Translations under genes and position numbers: made by a program
Notes under the pieces: model-generated
Told to the model about the DNA's origin: nothing
What the model saw: only the letters and a program-made list of their open reading frames with translations
Database searches by the model: none
Origin: Bugula neritina
Lineage: Eukaryota; Animalia; Bryozoa
DNA: 64,000 nt
Direction: 5' to 3'
Assembly: GCA_964035545.1 (NCBI GenBank)
Contig: CAXIUT010000183.1
Coordinates: forward strand, 1,364,001 to 1,428,000
Shown: piece by piece, positions 42,240-59,900 of the stretch
Layout of the letters: each line of letters starts with the position of its first letter
Position numbering within the stretch: the stretch's first letter is position 1

Positions 42240-45200
42240 GCTGAAATACACTGTAACATATTGAAATACACTGCAACACTTTGAAATATACTGCAACATA
42301 CCGAAATATATGGTAAACTACTGCAACACACTACAACATATTGAAATACACTGCAACACATTGAAATATACTGCAACATGCCTAAATTTACGGTAATATA
42401 ATGAAATATACTGTAACACACCGAAATATACTGCAACATACTGAAATACACTGTAACATACTGAAATATACTGCAACATACTGAAATACACTGCTACATA
42501 CTGAAATATACTGCAACATACTGAAATATACTGTAACACACTGAAGTACACTGCAACTCACTGAAATATACTGCAATATACTGAAATACACTGCAACATC
42601 CTACAAAATGCTGAAATACACTGTAACATATTGAAATACACTGCAACACATTGAAATATACTGCAACATACCGAAATATATGGTAAACTACTGAAATAAA
42701 CTGTAACACATTGAAAAAAACTGACATACTGAAATATACTGCGACACCTAGCAATATACTGTAACATACTGAAATATGCTCTAGCACACTGAAATACAAT
42801 GCAACTCACTGAAATATACTGCAACATACTGAAATACACTGCAACATCCTACAACATGCTGAAATACACTGTAACCTATTGAAATACACTGCAACACTTT
42901 GAAATATACTGCAACATACCGAAATATATGGTAAACTACTGCAACACACTACAACATATTGAAATACACTGCAACACATTGAAATATACTGCAACATGCC
43001 TAAATTTACGGTAATATAATGAAATATACTGTAACACACCGAAATATACTGCAACATACTGAAATACACTGTAACATACTGAAATATACTGCAACATACT
43101 GAAATACACTGCTACATACTGAAATATACTGCAACATACTGAAATACACTGAAATACACTGTAACATAATGAAATAAACTGCAACATACTACAACATATT
43201 GAAATACACTGCAACACATTGAGATATACTGCAACATACCTAAATATACGGTAATATACTGAAATATACTGTAACACATTGAAAAAACTGCAACATACTG
43301 AAATACACTGCAACACACTGAAATACACCGCAAAACACTACAACATACTGAAATACTTTGTAACATATTGAAATACACTGCAACATACTACCACATATTG
43401 AAATACACTGCAACACATTGAAATGTACTGCAACATACCGAAATATATGGTAAACTACTAAAATATACTGTAACACATTGAAAAATACTGCAACATACTG
43501 AAATATACTGCGACACCTAGCAATATACTGTAACATACTGAAATATGCTCTAGCACACTGAAATACAATGCAACTTACTGAAATATACTGCAACATACTG
43601 AAATACACTGCAACATCCTACAATATGCTGAAATACACAGTAACATATTGAAATACACTGCAGCACTTTGAAATATACTGCAACATACCGAAATATATGG
43701 TAAACTACTGCAACATACTACAACATACTGAAATACACTGCAACACATTGAAATATACTGCGACATACCTAAATATACGGTAATATACTGAAATATACTG
43801 TAACACATTGAAAAATACTGCAACATACTGAAATATACTGTAACACACCGAAATATACTGCAACATACTGAATTACACTGTAACATACTGAAATACACTG
43901 CTACATACTGAAATATACTGCAACATACTGCAACATACTGAAATACATAGTAACATATTGAAATAAACTGCAACATACTACAACATATTGAAATACACTG
44001 CAACACATTGAAATATACTGCAACATACCTAAATATACGGTAATATACTGAAATTCACTGTAACGCATTGCAAAATACTGCAACATACTGAAATTCACTG
44101 CGACACACTGAAATACGCTGCAAAATACTGAAATACACTGTAACATACTGAAACATACTGCAACATACTGAAATACACTGCTACATACTGAAATTTACTG
44201 CAACATACTGCAACATACTGCAATACACTGTAAAATACTGAAATACACTCCAACATACTACAACATATTGAAATACACTGCAACACATTGAAATACACTG
44301 CAACTTACCGAATATATGGTAAAATACTGAAATATACTGTAACGCATTGAAAAGTACTGCAACATACTGAAATATATTGCGACACATTGCAATAAACTGT
44401 AACATACTGAAAAATGCTGTAGCACACTGAAATACACTGCCATTCACTGAAATATACTGCAACATACTGAAATACACCGCAACATCCTACAACATACTGA
44501 AATACACTGTAACATATTGAAATACACTGCAACACATTGAAATATACTGCAACATAGCGAAATATATGGTAAACTACTGAAATATATTTTAACACATCGA
44601 AAAATACTGCAACATACTGTAATAGATTTTAACACATTGAAAAATACTGCAACATACTGAAATATACTGTAACACACTGAAGTACACTGCAACTCACTGA
44701 AATATACTGCAATATACTGAAATACACTGCAACATCCTACAAAATGCTGAAATACACTGTAACATATTGAAATATACTGCGACACCTAGCAATATACTGT
44801 AACATACTGAAATATGCTCTAGCACACTGAAATACAATGTAACTCACTGAAATATACTGCAACATACTGAAATACACTGCAACATCCTACAACATGCTGA
44901 AATACACTGTAACATATTGAAATACACTGCAACACTTTGATATATACTGCAACATACCGAAATATATGGTAAACTACTGCAACACACTACAACATATTGA
45001 AATACACTGCAACACATTGAAATATACTGCAACATACCTAAATATACGGTAATATACTGAAATATACTGTAACACACCGAAATATACTGCAACATACTGA
45101 AATACACTGTAACATACTGAAATATACTGCAACATACTGAAATACACTGCTACATACTGAAATATACTGCAACATACTGAAATATACTGTAACACACTGA

Positions 45201-48200
45201 AGTACACTGCAACTCACTGAAATATACTGCAATATACTGAAATACACTGCAACATCCTACAAAATGCTGAAATACACTGTAACATATTGAAATACACTGC
45301 AACACATTGAAATATACTGCAACATACCGAAATATATGGTAAACTACTGAAATATACTGTAACACATTGAAAATAACTGACATACTGAAATATACTGCGA
45401 CACCCAGCAATATACTGTAACATACTGAAATATGCTCTAGCACACTGAAATACAATGCAACTCACTGAAATATACTGCAACATACCGAAATATATGGTAA
45501 ACTACTGCAACACACTACAACATATTGAAATACACTGCAACACATTGAAATATACTGCAACATACCTAAATATACGGTAATATACTGAAATATACTGTAA
45601 CACACCGAAATATACTGCAACATACTGAAATACACTGTAACATACTGAAATATACTGCAACATACTGAAATACACTGCTACATACTGAAATATACTGCAA
45701 CATACTGAAATATACTGTAACACACTGAAGTACACTGCAACTCACTGAAATATACTGCAATATACTGAAATACACTGCAACATCCTACAAAATGCTGAAA
45801 TACACTGTAACATATTGAAATACACTGCAACACATTGAAATATACTGCAACATACCGATATATATGGTAAACTACTGAAATATACTGTAACACATTGAAA
45901 AAAACTGACATACTGAAATATACTGCGACACCTAGCAATATACTGTAACATACTGAAATATGCTCTAGCACACTGAAATACAATGCAACTCACTGAAATA
46001 TACTGCAACATACTGAAATACACTGCAACATCCTACAACATGCTGAAATACACTGTAACATATTGAAATACACTGCAACACTTTGAAATATACTGCAACA
46101 TACCGAAATATATGGTAAACTACTGCAACACACTACAACATATTGAAATACACTGCAACACATTGAAATATACTGCAACATGCCTAAATTTACGGTAATA
46201 TAATGAAATATACTGTAACACACCGAAATATACTGCAACATACTGAAATACACTGTAACATACTGAAATATACTGCAACATACTGAAATACACTGCTACA
46301 TACTGAAATATACTGCAACATACTGAAATATACTGTAACACACTGAAGTACACTGCAACTCACTGAAATATACTGCAATATACTGAAATACACTGCAACA
46401 TCCTACAAAATGCTGAAATACACTGTAACATATTGAAATACACTGCAACACATTGAAATATACTGCAACATACCGAAATATATGGTAAACTACTGAAATA
46501 AACTGTAACACATTGAAAAAAACTGACATACTGAAATATACTGCGACACCTAGCAATATACTGTAACATACTGAAATATGCTCTAGCACACTGAAATACA
46601 ATGCAACTCACTGAAATATACTGCAACATACTGAAATACACTGCAACATCCTACAACATGCTGAAATACACTGTAACCTATTGAAATACACTGCAACACT
46701 TTGAAATATACTGCAACATACCGAAATATATGGTAAACTACTGCAACACACTACAACATATTGAAATACACTGCAACACATTGAAATATACTGCAACATC
46801 CCTAAATTTACGGTAATATAATGAAATATACTGTAACACACCGAAATATACTGCAACATACTGAAATACACTGTAACATACTGAAATATACTGCAACATA
46901 CTGAAATACACTGCTACATACTGAAATATACTGCAACATACTGAAATACACTGAAATACACTGTAACATAATGAAATAAACTGCAACATACTACAACATA
47001 TTGAAATACACTGCAACACATTGAGATATACTGCAACATACCTAAATATACGGTAATATACTGAAATATACTGTAACACATTGAAAAAACTGCAACATAC
47101 TGAAATACACTGCAACACACTGAAATACACCGCAAAATACTACAACATACTGAAATACTTTGTAACATATTGAAATACACTGCAACATACTACCACATAT
47201 TGAAATACACTGCAACACATTGAAATGTACTGCAACATACCGAAATATATGGTAAACTACTAAAATATACTGTAACACATTGAAAAATACTGCAACATAC
47301 TGAAATATACTGCGACACCTAGCAATATACTGTAACATACTGAAATATGCTCTAGCACACTGAAATACAATGCAACTTACTGAAATATACTGCAACATAC
47401 TGAAATACACTGCAACATCCTACAATATGCTGAAATACACAGTAACATATTGAAATACACTGCAGCACTTTGAAATATACTGCAACATACCGAAATATAT
47501 GGTAAACTACTGCAACATACTACAACATACTGAAATACACTGCAACACATTGAAATATACTGCGACATACCTAAATATACGGTAATATACTGAAATATAC
47601 TGTAACACATTGAAAAATACTGCAACATACTGAAATATACTGTAACACACCGAAATATACTGCAACATACTGAATTACACTGTAACATACTGAAATACAC
47701 TGCTACATACTGAAATATACTGCAACATACTGCAACATACTGAAATACATAGTAACATACTGAAATAAACTGCAACATACTACAACATATTGAAATACAC
47801 TGCAACACATTGAAATATACTGCAACATACCTAAATATACGGTAATATACTGAAATTCACTGTAACGCATTGCAAAATACTGCAACATACTGAAATTCAC
47901 TGCGACACACTGAAATACGCTGCAAAATACTGAAATACACTGTAACATACTGAAATATACTGCAACATACTGAAATACACTGCTAAATACTGAAATTTAC
48001 TGCAACATACTGCAACATACTGCAATACACTGTAAAATACTGAAATACACTCCAACATACTACAACATATTGAAATACACTGCAACACATTGAAATACAC
48101 TGCAACTTACCGAATATATGGTAAAATACTGAAATATACTGTAACGCATTGAAAAGTACTGCAACATACTGAAATATATTGCGACACATTGCAATAAACT

Positions 48201-49080
48201 GTAACATACTGAAAAATGCTGTAGCACACTGAAATACACTGCCATTCACTGAAATATACTGCAACATACTGAAATACACCGCAACATCCTACAACATACT
48301 GAAATACACTGTAACATATTGAAATACACTGCAACACATTGAAATATACTGCAACATAGCGAAATATATGGTAAACTACTGAAATATATTTTAACACATC
48401 GAAAAATACTGCAACATACTGTAATAGATTTTAACACATTGAAAAATACTGCAACATACTGAAATATACTGTAACACACTGAAGTACACTGCAACTCACT
48501 GAAATATACTGCAATATACTGAAATACACTGCAACATCCTACAAAATGCTGAAATACACTGTAACATATTGAAATATACTGCGACACCTAGCAATATACT
48601 GTAACATACTGAAATATGCTCTAGCACACTGAAATACAATGTAACTCACTGAAATATACTGCAACATACTGAAATACACTGCAACATCCTACAACATGCT
48701 GAAATACACTGTAACATATTGAAATACACTGCAACACTTTGATATATACTGCAACATACCGAAATATATGGTAAACTACTGCAACACACTACAACATATT
48801 GAAATACACTGCAACACATTGAAATATACTGCAACATACCTAAATATACGGTAATATACTGAAATATACTGTAACACACCGAAATATACTGCAACATACT
48901 GAAATACACTGTAACATACTGAAATATACTGCAACATACTGAAATACACTGCTACATACTGAAATATACTGCAACATACTGAAATATACTGTAACACACT
49001 GAAGTACACTGCAACTCACTGAAATATACTGCAATATACTGAAATACACTGCAACATCCTACAAAATGCTAAAATACACT
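42240..49080. repeat. Duplication, lag 3802 bp (~42240-45280 vs ~46042-49080); includes a 528-bp-lag repeat near 44960-46000
   Basis: ORF offsets 42494/46296, 43575/47377, 44844/48646. Shared private variants (cagcactttg at ~43661/47463). 44974/45502 gives the 528 lag. Confidence 0.88.
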
Positions 49081-52000
49081 GTAACATATTGAAATACACT
49101 GCAACACATTGAAATATACTGCAACATACCGAAATATATGGTAAACTACTGCAACACACTACAACATATTGAAATACACTGCAACACATTGAAATATACT
49201 GCAACATACCTAAATATACGGTAATATACTGAAATATACTGTAACACACCGAAATATACAGCAACATACTGAAATACACTGTAACATACTGAAATATACT
49301 GCAACATACTGAAATACACTGCTACATACTGAAATATACTGCAACATACTGAAATATACTGTAACACACTGAAGTACACTGCAACTCACTGAAATATACT
49401 GCAATATACTGAAATACACTGCAACATCCTACAAAATGCTGAAATACACTGTAACATATTGAAATACACTGCAACACATTGAAATATACTGCAACATATC
49501 GAAATATATGGTAAACTACTGAAATATACTGTAACACATTGAAAAAAACTGACATACTGAAATATACTGCGACACCCAGCAATATACTGTAACATACTGA
49601 AATATGCTCTAGCACACTGAAATACAATGCAACTCACTGAAATATACTGCAACATACTGAAATACACTGCAACATCCTACAACATGCTGAAATACACTGT
49701 AACATATTGAAATACACTGCAACACTTTGAAATATACTGCAACATACCGAAATATATGGTAAACTACTGCAACACACTACAACATATTGAAATACACTGC
49801 AACACATTGAAATATACTGCAACATGCCTAAATTTACGGTAATATAATGAAATATACTGTAACACACCGAAATATACTGCAACATACTGAAATACACTGT
49901 AACATACTGAAATATACTGCAACATACTGAAATACACTGCTACATACTGAAATATACTGCAACATACTGCAACATACTGAAATACACTGTAACATAATGA
50001 AATAAACTGCAACATACTACAACATATTGAAATACACTGCAACACATTGAAATATACTGCAACATACCTAAATATACTGTAACACATTGAAAAAACTGCA
50101 ACATACTGAAATACACTGCAACACACTGAAATACACCGCAAAATACTACAACATACTGAAATACACTGTAACATATTGAAATCCAGTGCAACACATTGAA
50201 ATATACTGCAACATACCGAAGTATATGGTAAACTAATGAAATATACTGTAACACATTGAAAAATACCGCAACATACTGAAATATACTGCGACACATTGCA
50301 ATATACTGTAACATACTGAAATATGCTGTAGCACACTGAAATACACTGCAACATCCTACAACATACTGAAATACACTGTAACATATTGAAATACACTGCA
50401 AGAAATTGAAATAGACTGCAACACAACAAAATATATGGTAAACTACTGAAATAGACTTTAACACATTGAAAAATACTGCAACATACAGAAATATACTGTA
50501 ACACACTGAAATATACTGCAACATACTGAAATACACTGTAACATACTGAAATATACTGCAACATACTGAAATACACTGCTACATACTGAAATATACTGCA
50601 ACATACTGCAACATGCTGCAACATACTGAAATACGCTGTAACATACTGAAATACACTGCAACATACTACAACATATCGAAATACACTGCAACACATTGAA
50701 ATGTACTGAAACATACCGAAATATACGGTAATATACTGAAATATACTGTAACACATTGAAAAATACTGCAACATACTGAAATACACTGCAACACACTGAA
50801 ACACACGGCAAAAAACTACAACATACTGAAATACACTGTAACATATTAAAACATACTGCAACATACTGCAGCATACTGAAATACACTGTAACATACTGAA
50901 ATACACTGCAACATACTACCACATATTGAAATACACTGCAACACATTGAAATGTACTGCAACATACCGAAATATATGGTAAACTACTAAAATATACTGTA
51001 ACACATTGAAAAATACTGCAACATACTGAAATATACTGCCACACCTAGCAATATACTGTAACATACTGAAATATTCTCTAGCACACTGAAATACAATGCA
51101 ACATCCTACAATATGCTGAAATACACAGTAACATATTGAAATACACTGCAACACTTTGAAATATACTGCAACATACCGAAATATATGGTAAACTACTGCA
51201 ACATACTACAACATACTGAAATACACTGCAACACATTGAAATATACTGCGACATACCTAAATATACGGTAATATACTGAAATATACTGTAACACATTGAA
51301 AAATACTGCAACATACTGAAATATACTGTAACACACCGAAATATACTGCAACATACTGAAATACACTGTAACATACTGAAATATACTGCAACATACTGAA
51401 ATACACTGCTACATACTGAAATTTACTGCAACATACTGCAACATACTGCAATACACTGTAAAATACTGAAATACACTCCAACATACTACAACATATTGAA
51501 ATACACTGCAACACATTGAAATACACTGCAACTTACCGAATATATGGTAAAATACTGAAATATACTGTAACGCATTGAAAAGTACTGCAACATACTGAAA
51601 TATATTGCGACACATTGCAATAAACTGTAACATACTGAAAAATGCTGTAGCACACTGAAATACACTGCCATTCACTGAAATATACTGCAACATACTGAAA
51701 TACACCGCAACATCCTACAACATACTGAAATACACTGTAACATATTGAAATACACTGCAACACATTGAAATATACTGCAACATAGCGAAATATATGGTAA
51801 ACTACTGAAATATATTTTAACACATCGAAAAATACTGCAACATACTGTAATAGATTTTAACACATTGAAAAATACTGCAACATACTGAAATATACTGTAA
51901 CACACTGAAGTACACTGCAACTCACTGAAATATACTGCAATATACTGAAATACACTGCAACATCCTACAAAATGCTGAAATACACTGTAACATATTGAAA

Positions 52001-54430
52001 TATACTGCGACACCTAGCAATATACTGTAACATACTGAAATATGCTCTAGCACACTGAAATACAATGTAACTCACTGAAATATACTGCAACATACTGAAA
52101 TACACTGCAAAATCCTACAACATGCTGAAATACACTGTAACATATTGAAATACACTGCAACACTTTGATATATACTGCAACATACCGAAATATATGGTAA
52201 ACTACTGCAACACACTACAACATATTGAAATACACTGCAACACATTGAAATATACTGCAACATACCTAAATATACGGTAATATACTGAAATATACTGTAA
52301 CACACCGAAATATACTGCAACATACTGAAATACACTGTAACATACTGAAATATACTGCAACATACTGAAATACACTGCTACATACTGAAATATACTGCAA
52401 CATACTGAAATATACTGTAACACACTGAAGTACACTGCAACTCACTGAAATATACTGCAATATACTGAAATACACTGCAACATCCTACAAAATGCTGAAA
52501 TACACTGTAACATATTGAAATACACTGCAACACATTGAAATATACTGCAACATATCGAAATATATGGTAAACTACTGAAATATACTGTAACACATTGAAA
52601 AAAACTGACATACTGAAATATACTGCGACACCCAGCAATATACTGTAACATACTGAAATATGCTCTAGCACACTGAAATACAATGCAACTCACTGAAATA
52701 TACTGCAACATACTGAAATACACTGCAACATCCTACAACATGCTGAAATACACTGTAACATATTGAAATACACTGCAACACTTTGAAATATACTGCAACA
52801 TACCGAAATATATGGTAAACTACTGCAACACACTACAACATATTGAAATACACTGCAACACATTGAAACATACTGCAACATGCCTAAATTTACGGTAATA
52901 TAATGAAATATACTGTAACACACCGAAATATACTGCAACATACTGAAATACACTGTAACATACTGAAATATACTGCAACATACTGAAATACACTGCTACA
53001 TACTGAAATATACTGCAACATACTGCAACATACTGAAATACACTGTAACATAATGAAATAAACTGCAACATACTACAACATATTGAAATACACTGCAACA
53101 CATTGAAATATACTGCAACATACCTAAATATACTGTAACACATTGAAAAAACTGCAACATACTGAAATACACTGCAACACACTGAAATACACCGCAAAAT
53201 ACTACAACATACTGAAATACACTGTAACATATTGAAATCCAGTACAACACATTGAAATATACTGCAACATACCGAAGTATATGGTAAACTAATGAAATAT
53301 ACTGTAACACATTGAAAAATACCGCAACATACTGAAATATACTGCGACACATTGCAATATACTGTAACATACTGAAATATGCTGTAGCACACTGAAATAC
53401 ACTGCAACATCCTACAACATACTGAAATACACTGTAACATATTGAAATACACTGCAAGAAATTGAAATAGACTGCAACACAACAAAATATATGGTAAACT
53501 ACTGAAATAGACTTTAACACATTGAAAAATACTGCAACATACAGAAATATACTGTAACACACTGAAATATACTGCAACATACTGAAATACACTGTAACAT
53601 ACTGAAATATACTGCAACATACTGAAATACACTGCTACATACTGAAATATACTGCAACATACTGCAACATGCTGCAACATACTGAAATACGCTGTAACAT
53701 ACTGAAATACACTGCAACATACTACAACATGTCGAAATACACTGCAACACATTGAAATGTACTGAAACATACCGAAATATACGGTAATATACTGAAATAT
53801 ACTGTAACACATTGAAAAATACTGCAACATACTGAAATACACTGCAACACACTGAAACACACCGCAAAAAACTACAACATACTGAAATACACTGTAACAT
53901 ATTAAAACATACTGCAACATACTGCAGCATACTGAAATACACTGTAACATACTGAAATACACTGCAACATACTACCACATATTGAAATACACTGCAACAC
54001 ATTGAAATGTACTGCAACATACCGAAATATATGGTAAACTACTAAAATATACTGTAACACATTGAAAAATACTGCAACATACTGAAATATACTGCCACAC
54101 CTAGCAATATACTGTAACATACTGAAATATTCTCTAGCACACTGAAATACAATGCAACATCCTACAATATGCTGAAATACACAGTAACATAATGAAATAC
54201 ACTGCAACACTTTGAAATATACTGCAACATACCGAAATATATGGTAAACTACTGCAACATACTACAACATACTGAAATACACTGCAACACATTGAAATAT
54301 ACTGCGACATACCTAAATATACGGTAATATACTGAAATATACTGTAACACATTGAAAAATACTGCAACATACTGAAATATACTGTAACACACCGAAATAT
54401 ACTGCAACATACTGAAATACACTGTAACAT
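47950..54430. repeat. Tandem duplication, lag 3056 bp; the first copy carries an extra 370-bp internal duplication (lag 3426 upstream of it)
   Basis: ORF offsets 49322/52378, 49764/52820, 51078/54134 (3056), 47983/51409 (3426) and 48776/49146 (370). Confidence 0.85.
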
Positions 54431-55319
54431 ACTGAAATACACTGCTACATACTGAAATATACTGCAACATACTGCAACATACTGAAATACACAGTAACAT
54501 ACTGAAATAAACTGCAACATACTACAACATATTGAAATACACTGCAACACATTGAAATATACTGCAACATACCTAAATATACGGTAATATACTGAAATTC
54601 ACTGTAACGCATTGCAAAATACTGCAACATACTGAAATTCACTGCGACACACTGAAATACGCTGCAAAATACTACAACATACTGAAATAAACTGTAACAT
54701 GTTGAAATACACTGCAACACATTGAAAAATACTGCAACATACTGAAATATACTGTAACACACTGAAATATACTGCAACATACTGAAATACACTGTAACAT
54801 ACTGAAATATACTGCAACATACTGAAATACACTGCTACATACTGAAATATACTGCAACATACTGCAACATACTGCAATACACTGTAAAATACTGAAATAC
54901 ACTGCAACACATTGAAATATACTGCAACATAACAAAATATATGGTAAACTACTGAAATAGACTTTAACACATTGAAAAATACTGCAACATATTGAAATAC
55001 ACTGCAACTTACCGAATATATGGTAAACTACTGAAATATACTGTAACGCATTGAAAAGTACTGCAACATACTGAAATATATTGCGACACATTGCAATAAA
55101 CTGTAACATACTGAAAAATGCTGTAGCACACTGAAATACACTGCCATTCACTGAAATATACTGCAACATACTGAAATACACCGCAACATCCTACAACATA
55201 CTGAAATACACTGTAACATATTGAAATACTTTGCAACACATTGAAATATACTGCAACATACCGAAATATATCGTAAACTACTGAAATATACTGTAACACA
55301 TTGAAAAAAACTGCAACAT

Positions 55320-56970
55320 ACTGAAATATACTGCGACACCTAGCAATATACTGTAACATACTGAAATATGCTCTAGCACACTGAAATACAATGCAACTCA
55401 CTGAAATATACTGCAACATACTGAAATACACTGCAACATCCTACAACATGCTGAAATACACTGTAACATATTGAAATACACTGCAACACTTTGAAATATA
55501 CTGCAACATACCGAAATATATGGTAAACTACTGCAACACACTACAACATATTGAAATACACTGCAACACATTGAAATATACTGCAACATACCTAAATATA
55601 CGGTATTATACTGAAATATACTGTAACACACCGAAATATACTGCAACATACTGAAATACACTGTAACATACTGAAATATACTGCAACATACTGAAATACA
55701 CTGCTACATACTGAAATATACTGCAACATACTGAAATATAATGTAACACACTGAAGTACACTGCAACTCACTGAAATATACTGCAATATACTGAAATACA
55801 CTGCAACATCCTACAAAATGCTGAAATACACTGTAACATATTGAAATACACTGCAACACATTGAAATATACTGCAACATACCGAAATATATGGTAAACTA
55901 CTGAAATATACTGTAACACATTGAAAAAAACTGACATACTGAAATATACTGCGACACCTAGCAATATACTGTAACATACTGAAATATGCTCTAGCACACT
56001 GAAATACAATGCAACTCACTGAAATATACTGCAACATACTGAAATACACTGCAACATCCTACAACATGCTGAAATACACTGTAACCTATTGAAATACACT
56101 GCAACACTTTGAAATATACTGCAACATACCGAAATATATGGTAAACTACTGCAACACACTACAACATGTTGAAATACACTGCAACACATTGAAATATACT
56201 GCAACATGCCTAAATTTACGGTAATATAATGAAATATACTGTAACACACCGAAATATACTGCAACATACTGAAATACACTGTAACATACTGAAATATACT
56301 GCAACATACTGAAATACACTGCTACATACTGAAATATACTGCAACATACTGAAATATAATGTAACACACTGAAGTACACTGCAACTCACTGAAATATACT
56401 GCAATATACTGAAATACACTGCAACATCCTACAAAATGCTGAAATACACTGTAACATATTGAAATACACTGCAACACATTGAAATATACTGCAACATACC
56501 GAAATATATGGTAAACTACTGAAATATACTGTAACACATTGAAAAAAACTGACATACTGAAATATACTGCGACACCTAGCAATATACTGTAACATACTGA
56601 AATATGCTCTAGCACACTGAAATACAATGCAACTCACTGAAATATACTGCAACATACTGAAATACACTGCAACATCCTACAACATGCTGAAATACACTGT
56701 AACCTATTGAAATACACTGCAACACTTTGAAATATACTGCAACATACCGAAATATATGGTAAACTACTGCAACACACTACAACATGTTGAAATACACTGC
56801 AACACATTGAAATATACTGCAACATGCCTAAATTTACGGTAATATAATGAAATATACTGTAACACACCGAAATATACTGCAACATACTGAAATACACTGT
56901 AACATACTGAAATATACTGCAACATACTGAAATACACTGCTACATACTGAAATAGACTGCAACATACTGA
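55320..56970. repeat. 618-bp higher-order repeat, ~2.7 tandem copies (same unit also at ~45500-46950 and around the LINE)
   Basis: ORF starts 55398/56016/56634, 55704/56322 and 45678/46296. Confidence 0.88.
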
Positions 56971-59900
56971 AATACACTGAAATACACTGTAACATAATGA
57001 AATAAACTGCAACATACTACAACATATTGAAATACACTGCAACACATTGAGATATACTGCAACATACCTAAATATACGGTAATATACTGAAATATACTGT
57101 AACACATTGAAAAAACTGCAACATACTGAAATACACTGCAACACACTGAAATACACCGCAAAACACTACAACATACTGAAATACTTTGTAACATATTGAA
57201 ATACACTGCAACATACTACCACATATTGAAATACACTGCAACACATTGAAATGTACTGCAACATACCGAAATATATGGTAAACTACTAAAATATAATGTA
57301 ACACATTGAAAAATACTGCAACATACTGAAATATACTGCGACACCTAGCAATATACTGTAACATACTGAAATATGCTCTAGCACACTGAAATACAATGCA
57401 ACTTACTGAAATATACTGCAACATACTGAAATACACTGCAACATCCTACAATATGCTGAAATACACAGTAACATATTGAAATACACTGCAACACTTTGAA
57501 ATATACTGCAACATACCGAAATATATGGTAAACTACTGCAACATACTACAACATACTGAAATACACTGCAACACATGGAAATATACTGCGACATACCTAA
57601 ATATACGGTAATATACTGAAATATACTGTAACACATTGAAAAATACTGCAACATACTGAAATATACTGTAACACACCGAAATATACTGCAACATACTGAA
57701 ATACACTGTAACATACTGAAATACACTGCTACATACTGAAATATACTGCAACATACTGCAACATACTGAAATACACAGTAACATACTGAAATAAACTGCA
57801 ACATACTACAACATATTGAAATACACTGCAACACATTGAAATATACTGCAACATACCTAAATATACGGTAATATACTGAAATTCACTGTAACGCATTGCA
57901 AAATACTGCAACATACTGAAATTCACTGCGACACACTGAAATACGCTGCAAAATACTGAAATACACTGTAACATACTGAAATATACTGCAACATACTGAA
58001 ATACACTGCTACATACTGAAATTTACTGCAACATACTGCAACATACTGCAATACACTGTAAAATACTGAAATACACTCCAACATACTACAACATATTGAA
58101 ATACACTGCAACACATTGAAATACACTGCAACTTACCGAATATATGGTAAACTACTGAAATATACTGTAACGCATTGAAAAGTACTGCAACATACTGAAA
58201 TATATTGCGACACATTGCAATAAACTGTAACATACTGAAAAATGCTGTAGCACACTGAAATACACTGCCATTCACTGAAATATACTGCAACATACTGAAA
58301 TACACCGCAACATCCTACAACATACTGAAATACACTGTAACATATTGAAATACACTGCAACACATTGAAATATACTGCAACATAACGAAATATATGGTAA
58401 ACTACTGAAATATATTTTAACACATCGAAAAATACTGCAACATACTGAAATAGATTTTAACACATTGAAAAATACTGCAACATACTGAAATATACTGTAA
58501 CACACTGAAGTACACTGCAACTCACTGAAATATACTGCAATATACTGAAATACACTGCAACATCCTACAAAATGCTGAAATACACTGTAACATATTGAAA
58601 TATACTGCGACACCTAGCAATATACTGTAACATACTGAAATATGCTCTAGCACACTGAAATACAATGTAACTCACTGAAATATACTGCAACATACTGAAA
58701 TACACTGCAACATCCTACAACATGCTGAAATACACTGTAACATATTGAAATACACTGCAACACTTTGAAATATACTGCAACATACCGAAATATATGGTAA
58801 ACTACTGCAACACACTGCAACATATTGAAATACACTGCAACACATTGAAATATACTGCAACATACCTAAATATACGGTAATATACTGAAATATACTGTAA
58901 CACACCGAAATATACTGCAACATACTGAAATACACAGTAACATACTGAAATATACTGCAACATACTGAAATACACTGCTACATACTGAAATATACTGCAA
59001 CATACTGAAATATACTGTAACACACTGAAGTACACTGCAACTCACTGAAATATACTGCATTATACTGAAATACACTGCAACATCCTACAAAATGCTGAAA
59101 TACACTGTAACATATTGTAATACACTGCAACACATTGAAATATACTGCAACATACCGAAATATATGGTAAACTACTGAAATATACTGTAACACATTGAAA
59201 AAAACTGACATACTGAAATATACTGCGACACCTAGCAATATACTGCAACATACCGAAATATATGGTAAACTACTGCAACACACTACAACATATTGAAATA
59301 CACTGCAACACATTGAAATATACTGCAACATACCTAAATTTACGGTAATATAATGAAATATACTGTAACACACCGAAATATACTGCAACATACTGAAATA
59401 CACTGTAACATACTGAAATATACTGCAACATACTGAAATACACTGCTACATACTGAAATATACTGCAACATACTGCAACATACTGAAATACACTGTAACA
59501 TAATGAAATAAACTGCAACATACTACAACATATTGAAATACACTGCAACACATTGAAATATACTGCAACATACCTAAATATACTGTAACACATTGAAAAA
59601 ACTGCAACATACTGAAATACACTGCAACACACCGAAATACACCGCAAAATACTACAACATACTGAAATACACTGTAACATATTGAAATCCAGTGCAACAC
59701 ATTGAAATATACTGCAACATACCGAAGTATATGGTAAACTAATGAAATATACTGTAACACATTGAAAAATACCGCAACATACTGAAATATACTGCGACAC
59801 ATTGCAATATACTGTAACATACTGAAATATGCTGTAGCACACTGAAATACACTGCAACATCCTACAACATACTGAAATACACTGTAACATATTGAAATAC

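Noticed and set aside
42131-42451. Minus-strand 106-aa ORF crossing the LINE 3' junction
   Set aside because: A chance read-through from satellite into the antisense tail and UTR (LFVCLFV is the TTTG repeat).
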